64,000 bases of DNA from Chthoniobacteraceae bacterium. GTDB lineage: Bacteria; Verrucomicrobiota; Verrucomicrobiia; Chthoniobacterales; Chthoniobacteraceae. The notes under the pieces were generated by a model. It was not told the DNA's origin. It made no database searches and was given only the letters and a program-made list of their open reading frames with translations. Below are positions 38,392 through 47,835 of this stretch, in pieces. The translations under genes and the position numbers were made by a program. Location of the stretch: positions 64,001 to 128,000 of the forward strand of contig JANNXQ010000107.1 of NCBI GenBank assembly GCA_031409655.1, written 5' to 3'. Position 1 is the stretch's first letter; each line of letters starts with the position of its first letter.

Positions 38392-39336
38392 ATGAAGTCA
38401 ATGATCGCGACTCCTTCCACTCAGCCGCTGGCGGTGCCCAATCGGCTGAACCTTTGTCTCCTGCTTGGGCAGCTCGCCGTCATCGGCGTCTGCATGTTCA
38501 CGCTCAGAAGAGTCGAAAGTTGGTGGGCGCTCGCGGGGGTGGCCGTGATTTTCGGTATCCTGATGAACTCGGTCTATTCGATCATCCATGAGGCGGAGCA
38601 CGCGATGCTGTTTTCCAGTCGCCGATGGAATGACCTCGCAGGCAGCTTGATGGCGCTGTTTTTTCCTGCGCCTTTTCATCTCATCCGACAGGGGCACCTC
38701 GGGCATCATCTGCGCAATCGTTCGGACGATGAGGCGTTCGATTTCTACTTCGAGGAGGATCACAAGCTCTGGAAAATTCTCGTGCTCTACGGGATTCTGA
38801 CCGGCCTGTATTACGTCGTCGTAGCGTTGAGTAATGTCGTGTTCCTCGTGCTGCCGTTTCGAGATGATAAGAAATACTGGCACGTGGATCAGGCTTCGAC
38901 CGCTTTCATGGAGTCACTCAATCTGCGTTATCGTTTGGTAATCCGGCTCGAATGTGCGGCTGCGATCGCGCTGCACACCAGCATCGTGTGGCTGCTGGAG
39001 ATTCCGATCGGGCACTACCTCGTCATGTATGCGGGCTTCGGGCTGATGTGGTCGGGGATGCAATACGTGCATCACTACGGCACCGAGCGGCACGTCACCC
39101 GCGGAGCGCGGAATCTGTGGATCTGGAAGCCGCTCGATCTGCTGTGGCTGAACCACAACTGGCATCTTACTCATCACCTGCACCCATCCGTGCCGTGGCT
39201 GTATCTGCCGGAGACTGGTGTGGAGGGAAATGCGCAGCGCGGCTTTCTGCTCACGGCGTATCTGAAAATGTGGCGCGGGCCAAAGCTGGCGCCAGGGCGC
39301 GTGCCGAATCAGCACGCGGGCAAGGTTATCTCCTGA
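38392..39336 (+). CDS. Membrane fatty-acid desaturase/hydroxylase
   Basis: His boxes HEAEH, HLGHH, HLTHH(LHP). Confidence 0.85.
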   Translation: MKSMIATPSTQPLAVPNRLNLCLLLGQLAVIGVCMFTLRRVESWWALAGVAVIFGILMNSVYSIIHEAEHAMLFSSRRWNDLAGSLMALFFPAPFHLIRQGHLGHHLRNRSDDEAFDFYFEEDHKLWKILVLYGILTGLYYVVVALSNVVFLVLPFRDDKKYWHVDQASTAFMESLNLRYRLVIRLECAAAIALHTSIVWLLEIPIGHYLVMYAGFGLMWSGMQYVHHYGTERHVTRGARNLWIWKPLDLLWLNHNWHLTHHLHPSVPWLYLPETGVEGNAQRGFLLTAYLKMWRGPKLAPGRVPNQHAGKVIS

Positions 39337-40231
39337 GCGCGGCAGCGACGATGCCCGTCAAAAGCGGGAGCACATCCCACGGTGGCATGAGGTAGTGATC
39401 CGCGCCCCAGATCGGGCAGACGATGCCTGGTAGTTTCGGGCAGTCGCCGAGCAGGATTCCGCCGCCGTCATTCGGGCCGAGCGGCGCAAGACGCCTGTAT
39501 CCTCGGGTAGCCCACGGGTGCGCGAGATGCCTCCGGATCGGAAACCCGCAGACGCGGACGCTGCGCAAATGCGCCGGGAGCGCGGGCCACGCCAGGGTCG
39601 CGTCATACCGGAGGTCGTCCAGCGCCCGTGCGCTGTGCCCGTGCCACCAAAGCCACATCCGCACGCTCCACCAGCGCAGTGGGTGACGCCGCAACCAGTC
39701 GATCAGGGGCGTGCCATGCACGATGCCGCTGAAACTCACCCACGCGAAGGTCGTGGCGAAAGCCGATGCAGCTTCCGGTAGGGAAAGAGCCCGCTTCACC
39801 TCAGTCCCGCCCTTACTGAGGCTGATGAGCGCAACGTTTTTGCCGCGATGCGCGGCGAGCCAGTCGAGTATCACGCGGGCATTTTCATTCAGCGTCCCGA
39901 AGCTTCCGGTCGGGATCACCTCGGCTACGCAGCCCAACTCGCACGCGATTGCGAGCACCCGCGCACCAGCCGCGCCGGTGTTCCAAGGCTCGCGATGAAA
40001 AGCGCCGGGCACGATACCGATCAGGTCGGCGCAGAAATTCTCCGGTCGCCGCATTTCGTGGGCAGAATGAAGAAATGCCGCATTCGCCGGCACCCGCAGG
40101 ATGCGGTCGTGGAGGAGCGCGGTGGCAAAGTCCAATCCTTCGCCCCGCGCCAGTTCCACGAGATCGCCTTCCTGGCCGGTCCACGCCGCGGCTCGCGCAA
40201 GCAACCGCGCATCCTCGTCCGCGAGGATCAC
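39326..40231 (-). CDS. Lipase-like alpha/beta hydrolase
   Basis: IVPG, SLSKGG elbow, NDG, ADH; GTGA overlap. Confidence 0.65.
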   Translation of the reverse strand: MILADEDARLLARAAAWTGQEGDLVELARGEGLDFATALLHDRILRVPANAAFLHSAHEMRRPENFCADLIGIVPGAFHREPWNTGAAGARVLAIACELGCVAEVIPTGSFGTLNENARVILDWLAAHRGKNVALISLSKGGTEVKRALSLPEAASAFATTFAWVSFSGIVHGTPLIDWLRRHPLRWWSVRMWLWWHGHSARALDDLRYDATLAWPALPAHLRSVRVCGFPIRRHLAHPWATRGYRRLAPLGPNDGGGILLGDCPKLPGIVCPIWGADHYLMPPWDVLPLLTGIVAAALRR

Positions 40232-40827
40232 GTGTGGCCTGTTTTCCGGGTGACGAGGCGCGAAACCACGATACCCAGCAGCAAGCCCACCGCGCCTCCA
40301 CCAAGGCCCAGCCACAGCGCGATCTTGCGCGTGGCCAGTGCGAGCACGGGATTTTCAAACACGCTGACGGAGGTGTGGAAAGCCGTGACGAGCCAGCGAT
40401 CGCCGCGCTTGGCGATGGTGGCGGTGAAGACACTGTTGAAAGGGAGGTCGGAGCCATCGGTGAGCACAAAGTGATCGCGCAGATTTCCCCAAGACACCGC
40501 CCAATCGCCGTAAATATGCCGCCCGAGCACCTCCGGCTCCGATTTGATCTCGCGCACCACGCGTTTGTCGCCGGTCATCATCCGTCCGTAAAAGGCATGC
40601 ACCGCCTCCGGACCGCGGCAGACTTCGCCATTTTGCCAAGTCACTACGACATCGGGATCGAGATGAGTGAGGAGGCCGTCAATGTCACCCTTGTGGAAAC
40701 TAGCTGTGAGCCCGTCGCGCAACCGGGTGATCGCGGCAGCCGCCTCGTCCGCATTCGCCGGTGGAGGGGACTCGCAGAGGCCGGGAACGAGCAGGGCGAG
40801 GAGGAAGGAAACGATAAGCCTTTTCAT
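40228..40827 (-). CDS. Exported NTF2/SnoaL (DUF4440)-like protein with C-terminal TM
   Basis: Signal peptide, GDIDGLL, RGPEAV, WLVTAFHTS. Confidence 0.75.
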   Translation of the reverse strand: MKRLIVSFLLALLVPGLCESPPPANADEAAAAITRLRDGLTASFHKGDIDGLLTHLDPDVVVTWQNGEVCRGPEAVHAFYGRMMTGDKRVVREIKSEPEVLGRHIYGDWAVSWGNLRDHFVLTDGSDLPFNSVFTATIAKRGDRWLVTAFHTSVSVFENPVLALATRKIALWLGLGGGAVGLLLGIVVSRLVTRKTGHT

Positions 40828-40844
40828 GGAGATGCGGACTTCGG

Positions 40845-41840
40845 CTAACGATGGATGTTTTGCAGCCAGCCGAGGTATTCGACCAGTACTTTGTCCGCTG
40901 CGATCATGCGGTCCGGACGAAAGCGGATGCCTGCCGAGCGGTTCACATCAGAGCGCACAAACGCACGGATGAAAGACCGCCGGATGAGCGCGTCCACGGG
41001 ATCGACCAATAGGCGTGCGATCCGATTTTCGCTGCGCGGCACGCAGACGATGTTCCGCACCTTCGTTCGATCTTTGTCGAGCGGAGTGAAGCTGACGATT
41101 CCGTAGCTGGTCGTGCGCCGAAACTTTGCGGTGACCAGGACGAGATTTCCGCCCCAATTTTCCACGGTCATTTCCACTTCTGAACCCGAAACCCAGCGAG
41201 TGAGTCGATCGCGGAACGATTCACCCGTCACTTGAAACCTCGCCCGCAAGCGCCAAGCGAAAGGGTGCGGAGAATCAACGATCGGCTCGCCGAGCAAAGT
41301 GCGATCGTGCGCGCAACGGAAATGCTGCACGTCGAAACCATTCGCGCTGACGAGATACCAGGGCGCATCCACCGTGAACTCGAACGGCCGCGCCGCGAGC
41401 AGGTCGGTTTCGCACGATCCGGCGAAAAACGGGAATTCGAACCGGGCCTGCGGGCGATTGAAAAAGAACACGTGTCCGCCGCGCACCGTGATCGGAAAAC
41501 TCGGCTGCCGCGCGAACAACGGGATTTCCTGAGAGTTTGGAATGTGTTCGCAAACTCCAGTGTTCGCGTATTCCCAGCCGTGGAGTGGGCAGGAGATGCG
41601 GCCACCTTTCACGCAACCCAGCGAGAGATCTGCCCCCATGTGACTACAGCGTCCCCCGAGCACGGCCACGGGCTGTCCCGGAGGTTGAAACGAGACGTAG
41701 GTGTGGCCACCCGGAAGATCGAGTCGGCGCGGCCCGGCTGCGATTTCGCGAACGCTCCCGAAGTAATACCAAGACGCCGGGGCCGGGGCGAATCCCCAAA
41801 GGCTTGCGTCGTCATGAGAATACTCGCAGGAATCTTTCAA
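40845..41840 (-). CDS. Rieske non-heme iron oxygenase alpha subunit
   Basis: CSH...CPLH Rieske motif and NGFDVQHFRCAH iron motif; start uncertain (TTG 41840). Confidence 0.85.
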   Translation of the reverse strand: MKDSCEYSHDDASLWGFAPAPASWYYFGSVREIAAGPRRLDLPGGHTYVSFQPPGQPVAVLGGRCSHMGADLSLGCVKGGRISCPLHGWEYANTGVCEHIPNSQEIPLFARQPSFPITVRGGHVFFFNRPQARFEFPFFAGSCETDLLAARPFEFTVDAPWYLVSANGFDVQHFRCAHDRTLLGEPIVDSPHPFAWRLRARFQVTGESFRDRLTRWVSGSEVEMTVENWGGNLVLVTAKFRRTTSYGIVSFTPLDKDRTKVRNIVCVPRSENRIARLLVDPVDALIRRSFIRAFVRSDVNRSAGIRFRPDRMIAADKVLVEYLGWLQNIHR

Positions 41841-41904
41841 GGTCGTGATGCAACCAACACCGCAAAGTTTCAGCAAGGACGGTCCCGGCGGATTGAGTAA
41901 CGTG

Positions 41905-42552
41905 ATGGCAAAGCGGCAGTTTTTCGCCTGGCCGGGCTGGTCGCACCTGCGTTTTGCCTGGCTGCTTTCGGCATTGAGCGCGGCGTGGTTCGCCAGCATT
42001 TACATCGGCTGCAACTGGGTGACGACGCACCGGAGCATGCGCGTGCCGATCCATCTCCCCTCCGAGCTTTCCATCCCGTTCATCCCCAGCGCGGTCTCCA
42101 TCTACATGAGCATCTACGTGCTCTTTCTCGCCGGCCCCTTCATCGTCCGCGATCGCCGTGAATTCGCCGCACTCATCCGAGCTCTCGCGCTGGCGACGTT
42201 TATCGGCGGGGTCGGATTCCTGCTCATCCCATCACAACCCGCGTTTGCGCCACCCAGCGACCTCGGCATTTGGAAAGACCTCTTCCACTTCGCTGACCGA
42301 ATCAATCTTGATTGCAACATGGTGCCCTCGCTCCACGTCGCGCTCTCCGTCTGCTGCATTGCCGCTTTTGGCCGGCACACTTCTCTGCGTGGGCGCACCG
42401 TGCTTTGGATATGGGCGGTTACGATCGCGCTTTCAACTCTCTTCACTCACCAACACCACGTCCTCGATGTCGTAACTGGCTGGGCAGTGGGGATCGTCAG
42501 TTCTCTAGTCATACGGCTCGGCAATGTGAATTTGCTGAAACTCCACGGTTAG
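41905..42552 (+). CDS. PAP2/Aur1-like membrane phosphatase or phosphotransferase
   Basis: PSLH and HQHHVLDV motifs, about 6 TMs. Confidence 0.8.
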   Translation: MAKRQFFAWPGWSHLRFAWLLSALSAAWFASIYIGCNWVTTHRSMRVPIHLPSELSIPFIPSAVSIYMSIYVLFLAGPFIVRDRREFAALIRALALATFIGGVGFLLIPSQPAFAPPSDLGIWKDLFHFADRINLDCNMVPSLHVALSVCCIAAFGRHTSLRGRTVLWIWAVTIALSTLFTHQHHVLDVVTGWAVGIVSSLVIRLGNVNLLKLHG

Positions 42553-42766
42553 ACCACACGCTCAGCGCCAGCCGCGATCTCGAGTTTTCATCCGGGCGCG
42601 GGCACTCGGAGTGATCCAGCGCGCGGAAGAAATGCTCGAACAAATCCTGCGCGAAGTGCTTCGCGCCCATATCGCAAGGCACACGAAATAGTTCGCCCAT
42701 GCAAAGTCCATGTTGCTGAATCCATTCCCGCGCTACTTTTTGCCCATCGGATTCCCCCCCAATCCC

Positions 42767-45700
42767 ATGAATGCGATCGCCTACCACAATCGCGCACGGA
42801 CCGGATGGCTGGCCGGTGCGCTCTGGATAGCCTGGCTCACTGCGCTCGGTGCGCAGGTCGTCCCTTACGACATCGTCTATGTGCGGCAGCCGCGCTTTGG
42901 CGATGGCACGAACACGACCTGGCCGGAGGTCTTTCATCCCGCGCGCATCGACCCCGGCGCGGACCTCATGCTGCTGCATCCCGATGGGTCGGAGGAAGTG
43001 CTCGTCGCCGGCGGGGATGGCGCGGTCACCGATCCTTTCCTCTCCTTCGACGCGCAGTGGTGTTATTACGCGCTGCTGCCGGATGTGCGGCCTTCGGCGG
43101 TGAACTATCAGCGCGGCGATCTGCCTTACGCAGGCAGCGACATTTACCGCATCCATCTCGGGACGCGCGTAGTGCAGCGGCTCACTCATCAGGAGTGGAC
43201 GCCGAACACCGCGGCCGGCCACTGGCACCCGACCGATCCGGTGAATCCACCGTCCACTTACAACCGCCTCGGCTACGGCATCGTGAATCTCGGGCCGTGT
43301 CCCCTGCCGGGTGGAAAGATCGCGTTCACCAGCAATCGCAATGGCTTTCAACCAACGAAGACTTTTACGAATCCGTGTCTGCAACTTTTCGTGATGGATG
43401 AAGATGGCGCGAACGTGACGTGGATCGCGCCGATGAGCTTTGGGAGCGCACTACATCCGACGATCCTGCGCGATGGGCGCATCATGTTCAGCAGTTACGA
43501 GAGCCAGGGCCTGCGCGATGAGCGGCTGTGGGGCATCTGGGCGATCTGGCCGGATGGGAGGCAATGGAAGCCGATCGCGAGTGCGTTCAATTCACCGCAG
43601 GCGTTTCACTTCATGACCCAGTTCGGCAACGGCGACCTCGTGGTCTGCGACTACTACAATCTGAATAACAACGGCTTCGGTGCGCTCTATCGCTTCCCGG
43701 TCAATGCGCCGCCGGGACAGCCGGACTTTCACTCCGCCTTTATGACGGATGCGCCCGCCATCCGGCAGACCGTTGGCGCGGGCTACGAGTATCCACTGAA
43801 GTTTCCCTTCGAGCCGCGCGGGATATTTTCGCTCACGCCTTTCACCACCGGTCAGGATGAAGCGGCGCCCGTGGGCGCGGGCGGCGTGCGCGTGGGAAAA
43901 TTCACGCAGCCCAGTGCGGCTCCGAATAACGATCTGCTGGTCGTCTGGACGCCCGGCCCGGCGAATGATCTGAACCGCCCGACCACGCTGCCTGCTTACA
44001 ACGCCGGCATTTATCTCATGCCCGGCGGGAATCCCGTCGAAAGCCCGCAAGGGCTCGTGCTGATCAAGAACAGCCTGGCTTACAACGAGGCGTGGCCGCG
44101 CGCGGTGGTGCCGTATCGCGCTGTGCATGGCATCGCTGAACCCGCGCGCCTGCCGTGGCTGCCGAACGCTGGCACCGTGCATCCCACGTTGCCGCGCGGC
44201 ACGCCGCACGGACTCGTCGGCACGAGCAGCTTCTACAAGCGCGAGAGTTTTCCCGGCTATGTCTTGACCTACGACGATCACTTCAATGGCCTCGACGCCT
44301 TTAACACCGATCAAAACGGACAAAGTTCAAATTGGTTCTATCAGGGCTCGGACGCCGGGCGTTACGCGAACTCCGAAGTTTACGCCGTGCGCATCCTTGC
44401 CATGGAGCCAGGCAGCCATCGAAGCTACGGGCCGAATGAAGGCGCGCAATTCTACAGCCACGCCAATGAGCGCCTGCGCATCCTCGGTGAGATCCCGCTG
44501 CGCAAGCCAGGCGTGACTGATCCGGAAGGAAATCCGGACACGAGTTTCCTCGCGAAGATTCCCGCGGATACGCCGTTCACCTTCCAAACGATCGACCGCG
44601 ACGGCATCGTGCTGAACATGGCGCAGACGTGGCATCACGTGCGGCCCGGCGAGATGCGCGTCGATTGCGGCGGCTGCCACGCGCACAGCCAGCAGCCGCT
44701 CGCTTTCTCTCAGACCGCCGCAGGCCAGCCTGGCTTCACACCCGTGGATCTCACGGCGATCCAGACCATGCTCACGAAAGATGCCGGCGGTGCCACCGTC
44801 GTGCAGACCAACCCGGCCGGTGCGCGCAATGTGGAATTCCTCCACGACATCCGCCCCTTGCTCACGCGGAGCTGCGTGCCCTGCCACAACACCGCCACCG
44901 CCGCCGGCAATCTCGTGCTCGATCAACTCACCTCCGTGCCCGGGTCGAATGGCCGGCCCGCGCTGCCCGGCGACTACGCGCGCCTCGCCGCGGATCAAAG
45001 CGCGAACTGGGGTTACCCTCCGATCATCGGCAATCGCACCTGGCGGCAGACCAATGCGAGCCGCTACGTCCGCATGTTTCAAAGCCGCCGCTCCATGCTC
45101 ATCTGGAAAATTTTCGGCCGTCGTCTCGATGGTTGGGCAAACTCCGATCACCCCACCGAAAGCACCCCGGGAGTCGCTGCAACATTGCCGTCCGGGGCGG
45201 ATCGCAATGCCGCCGACCTCGACTACACCGGCACGCCGATGCCGCCGCCCGGCAGCGGCGTGCCCGCACTGAGCGAGGATGAAAAGATGAACTTTGCCCG
45301 CTGGGTCGATCTCGGCTGCCCGATCAATGTCGGCCAGCTCGAGAGCGCGCAGGCCGGCGCACTCGGTTGGTTCCTCGATGAAAATCGGCCCACGCTCACC
45401 GTCTCCTCACCGCGGCCAAACATTAACGCTGGCCCGCTCAACGAAATCCGCATCGGCATCGCCGACGCCTACACCGGCGTGAATGCCGCGACGCTATCAG
45501 TCACGGCAGACTTCGTCGTGAACGGCCGCGGCGCCGGAGCCCAGCTCGCCGATCTCGCGACGACCGTCGCACCAGGCGTCTATGCGATCCCACTTTCACC
45601 ACCGCTCGCGAATCTCGCCGCCAGCCACATCACCGCCAGCGTCGCCGATGGGCAGGGCAATGTGACGCGGATCGACGTCCGCTTCTCCGTCCTCCCCGAC

Positions 45701-45940
45701 GCGCTCGAGCTGCGCCACATCGCGCGCTTCGCCGGTCGGGTCCACCTGCGCTTCTACGACACTCGGCCCGACTCCCGCCGCCACATCCGCTACAGCGCCG
45801 ACCTCCTCACGCCACGCGCCACGTGGCTCGAGGCGCCCGTGCTCTCAGAATCCTGGACGGCCACCAACGAATGCACCGCCGAGATCGCGCTCCCGGCCAG
45901 CCTTTCGAGCCGCGGCTTCTTCGTCATCGAACGCGAGTGA
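42767..45940 (+). CDS. Secreted hydrazine-synthase-alpha-like beta-propeller heme protein
   Basis: TolB-like repeats (GKIAFTSNR, DGRIMFS), FLAKIPADTPFTFQTID, CGGCH and CVPCH, Ig-like tail. Confidence 0.75.
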   Translation: MNAIAYHNRARTGWLAGALWIAWLTALGAQVVPYDIVYVRQPRFGDGTNTTWPEVFHPARIDPGADLMLLHPDGSEEVLVAGGDGAVTDPFLSFDAQWCYYALLPDVRPSAVNYQRGDLPYAGSDIYRIHLGTRVVQRLTHQEWTPNTAAGHWHPTDPVNPPSTYNRLGYGIVNLGPCPLPGGKIAFTSNRNGFQPTKTFTNPCLQLFVMDEDGANVTWIAPMSFGSALHPTILRDGRIMFSSYESQGLRDERLWGIWAIWPDGRQWKPIASAFNSPQAFHFMTQFGNGDLVVCDYYNLNNNGFGALYRFPVNAPPGQPDFHSAFMTDAPAIRQTVGAGYEYPLKFPFEPRGIFSLTPFTTGQDEAAPVGAGGVRVGKFTQPSAAPNNDLLVVWTPGPANDLNRPTTLPAYNAGIYLMPGGNPVESPQGLVLIKNSLAYNEAWPRAVVPYRAVHGIAEPARLPWLPNAGTVHPTLPRGTPHGLVGTSSFYKRESFPGYVLTYDDHFNGLDAFNTDQNGQSSNWFYQGSDAGRYANSEVYAVRILAMEPGSHRSYGPNEGAQFYSHANERLRILGEIPLRKPGVTDPEGNPDTSFLAKIPADTPFTFQTIDRDGIVLNMAQTWHHVRPGEMRVDCGGCHAHSQQPLAFSQTAAGQPGFTPVDLTAIQTMLTKDAGGATVVQTNPAGARNVEFLHDIRPLLTRSCVPCHNTATAAGNLVLDQLTSVPGSNGRPALPGDYARLAADQSANWGYPPIIGNRTWRQTNASRYVRMFQSRRSMLIWKIFGRRLDGWANSDHPTESTPGVAATLPSGADRNAADLDYTGTPMPPPGSGVPALSEDEKMNFARWVDLGCPINVGQLESAQAGALGWFLDENRPTLTVSSPRPNINAGPLNEIRIGIADAYTGVNAATLSVTADFVVNGRGAGAQLADLATTVAPGVYAIPLSPPLANLAASHITASVADGQGNVTRIDVRFSVLPDALELRHIARFAGRVHLRFYDTRPDSRRHIRYSADLLTPRATWLEAPVLSESWTATNECTAEIALPASLSSRGFFVIERE

Positions 45941-45958
45941 CCCCGCCGCGTCGCGCGG

Positions 45959-46414
45959 TCAGCGTCCGGCCGTTTTGACGATGCCGTGCAGCATGCCCGT
46001 GCGGTCGCCGCCGCTCCATGTGCCACTGTAGGTCGCACCGTGGAATAACACCCGCGCCGAGTAAGTGCCGCCACCGGGAATCGCCAGTCCATCCACGATC
46101 ATGATCGCCGCACCACCCGTCCATTGCACCCGCACCGGGATCGGCGCCACGATGGTCTGTTCCTGACACTTCAGCTTCGCATTCACGATCCACTTGTCGC
46201 CGTCGGCCTTTTGCACGCTCACGATCTCATAACTCTCGTCCCGCTCCGGAGTGAGTTGCCCCTCTCGCACAAGACACCAGCGCCCGACGAGCTTCGCATT
46301 CGTGAGCAGGGTCGTGAACTGCTTTTCCTGATCCGCGGCGCTCGCCTCCTGAGCGGGCGCGAGCGATGGGCAAAGCAGGAGGAGAAGCAAGGCGAGGGTG
46401 CGGGAGAAGTTCAT
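45959..46414 (-). CDS. Exported hypothetical beta-rich protein
   Basis: Signal peptide; YSARVLF...YSGTW. Confidence 0.7.
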   Translation of the reverse strand: MNFSRTLALLLLLLCPSLAPAQEASAADQEKQFTTLLTNAKLVGRWCLVREGQLTPERDESYEIVSVQKADGDKWIVNAKLKCQEQTIVAPIPVRVQWTGGAAIMIVDGLAIPGGGTYSARVLFHGATYSGTWSGGDRTGMLHGIVKTAGR

Positions 46415-46542
46415 GGCGGAGAGTTTCAGCAAAGGGGTTTGAGAACGCACTGGAAAACTTCGCCGGGGCGGAAAGGTCGCGGTTCTTGGTTGCGCTCGGA
46501 GTTTCCAGCTAAGACGGTCGCCGTCCTCTGCTCACCCTCCCT

Positions 46543-47823
46543 ATGAAACTCCTCTCCCTCTTCGCCTGCCTCGTCATCGCCTCCGTCGCGTCCGCCGCCG
46601 ACGCGCCGCCCAACGTCGTGATGATCATCTCCGACGATCAGGCCTGGGGTGATTACTCCTTCATGGGGCATCCCCAGATTCAGACGCCGCATCTCGACCG
46701 CCTCGCCCGCGAAAGCGTCACCTTCCCCCGCGGCTACGTGCCCTCCAGCCTCTGCTGCCCGAGCCTCGCGTCGATCATCACCGGCAAATTTCCGCATCAG
46801 CACAAAGTCGCGACCAACGATCCACCGACGCCCAACGTGCCGCCGGCCAAACGCCAGAACTCGCCGGAGTTCGCCGCCGGGCGCGAGGTCATGAATCAAT
46901 TCATGGACGCTCAGCCGACCTTGCCACGGCTCCTTTCGAAACATGGTTACCTCGCCTTGCAGACCGGCAAATGGTGGCAGGGCAATTTCACCCGCGGCGG
47001 CTTCACCCACGGCATGACCAAAGGCGCTCGCCACGGCGACGAGGGGCTCGACATCGGCCGCAAGACCATGGACCCGATCTACGATTTCGTGCGCCTGGCA
47101 AAGAAGGAGCAGAAGCCCTTCTTCGTCTGGTATGCACCCATGCTGCCCCACGATCCGCACACCCCACCGGAGCGTCTCCTGGCGAAGTATCGCGACAAGA
47201 CCCCGAGCGAACACGTCGCGAAATATTGGGCGATGGTCGAGTGGTTCGACGAAACTTGCGGGCAGCTCCTCGACTTCCTCGAGAAAGAAGGCGTGGCGAA
47301 AAACACGGTCGTCACCTACGTCACCGACAACGGCTGGATTCAGGATCCCGAGAAACCGCGCTACGCACCGCGCTCAAAGCAATCCCAATACGACGGCGGC
47401 CTGCGCACCCCCATCATGATCCGCTGGCCCGGCCATGCCACACCGAAGATGTCGGACAAGGTAGTAAGTTCCCTCGATCTCCTGCCCACGCTCCTCGCCG
47501 CCTGCAAAATCTCCGCTCCCGAAGGTATCGCCGGCATCAACTTACTCGACGAAACTGCCGTCGCCGCGCGCAAGTCCGTCTTCGGCGAATGTTTCACCCA
47601 CACCGCCATCGATCTCGAAACCCCCAGCGCCAGCCTGCGCTGGCGCTGGGTCATCTCCGAAGATTGGAAACTCATCGTCCCCGCTGCACAAAACGAGCCG
47701 AACGAAGTCGTGGAGCTCTACAACCTCAAGGCTGATCCCACGGAGCAGACGAACCTAGCCAAAGACCAACCGGATCGCGTCGGGAAACTCCGCGCCATCC
47801 TGGACGCCTGGTGGCGCGGTTAG
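46543..47823 (+). CDS. Sulfatase-family protein
   Basis: PNVVMIISDD, CCPSLASIITG, GKW, PHDP, DNG, ELYNLKADP. Confidence 0.9.
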   Translation: MKLLSLFACLVIASVASAADAPPNVVMIISDDQAWGDYSFMGHPQIQTPHLDRLARESVTFPRGYVPSSLCCPSLASIITGKFPHQHKVATNDPPTPNVPPAKRQNSPEFAAGREVMNQFMDAQPTLPRLLSKHGYLALQTGKWWQGNFTRGGFTHGMTKGARHGDEGLDIGRKTMDPIYDFVRLAKKEQKPFFVWYAPMLPHDPHTPPERLLAKYRDKTPSEHVAKYWAMVEWFDETCGQLLDFLEKEGVAKNTVVTYVTDNGWIQDPEKPRYAPRSKQSQYDGGLRTPIMIRWPGHATPKMSDKVVSSLDLLPTLLAACKISAPEGIAGINLLDETAVAARKSVFGECFTHTAIDLETPSASLRWRWVISEDWKLIVPAAQNEPNEVVELYNLKADPTEQTNLAKDQPDRVGKLRAILDAWWRG

Positions 47824-47835
47824 GTCCGCTGAAAA

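Noticed and set aside
41609..41815. Frameshifted start or RiPP precursor near the Rieske gene
   Set aside because: An in-frame TTG at 41840 explains the start; the peptide lacks precursor features.
42767..45940. Anammox hydrazine synthase
   Set aside because: No beta/gamma subunits or other anammox genes; only domain-level resemblance.
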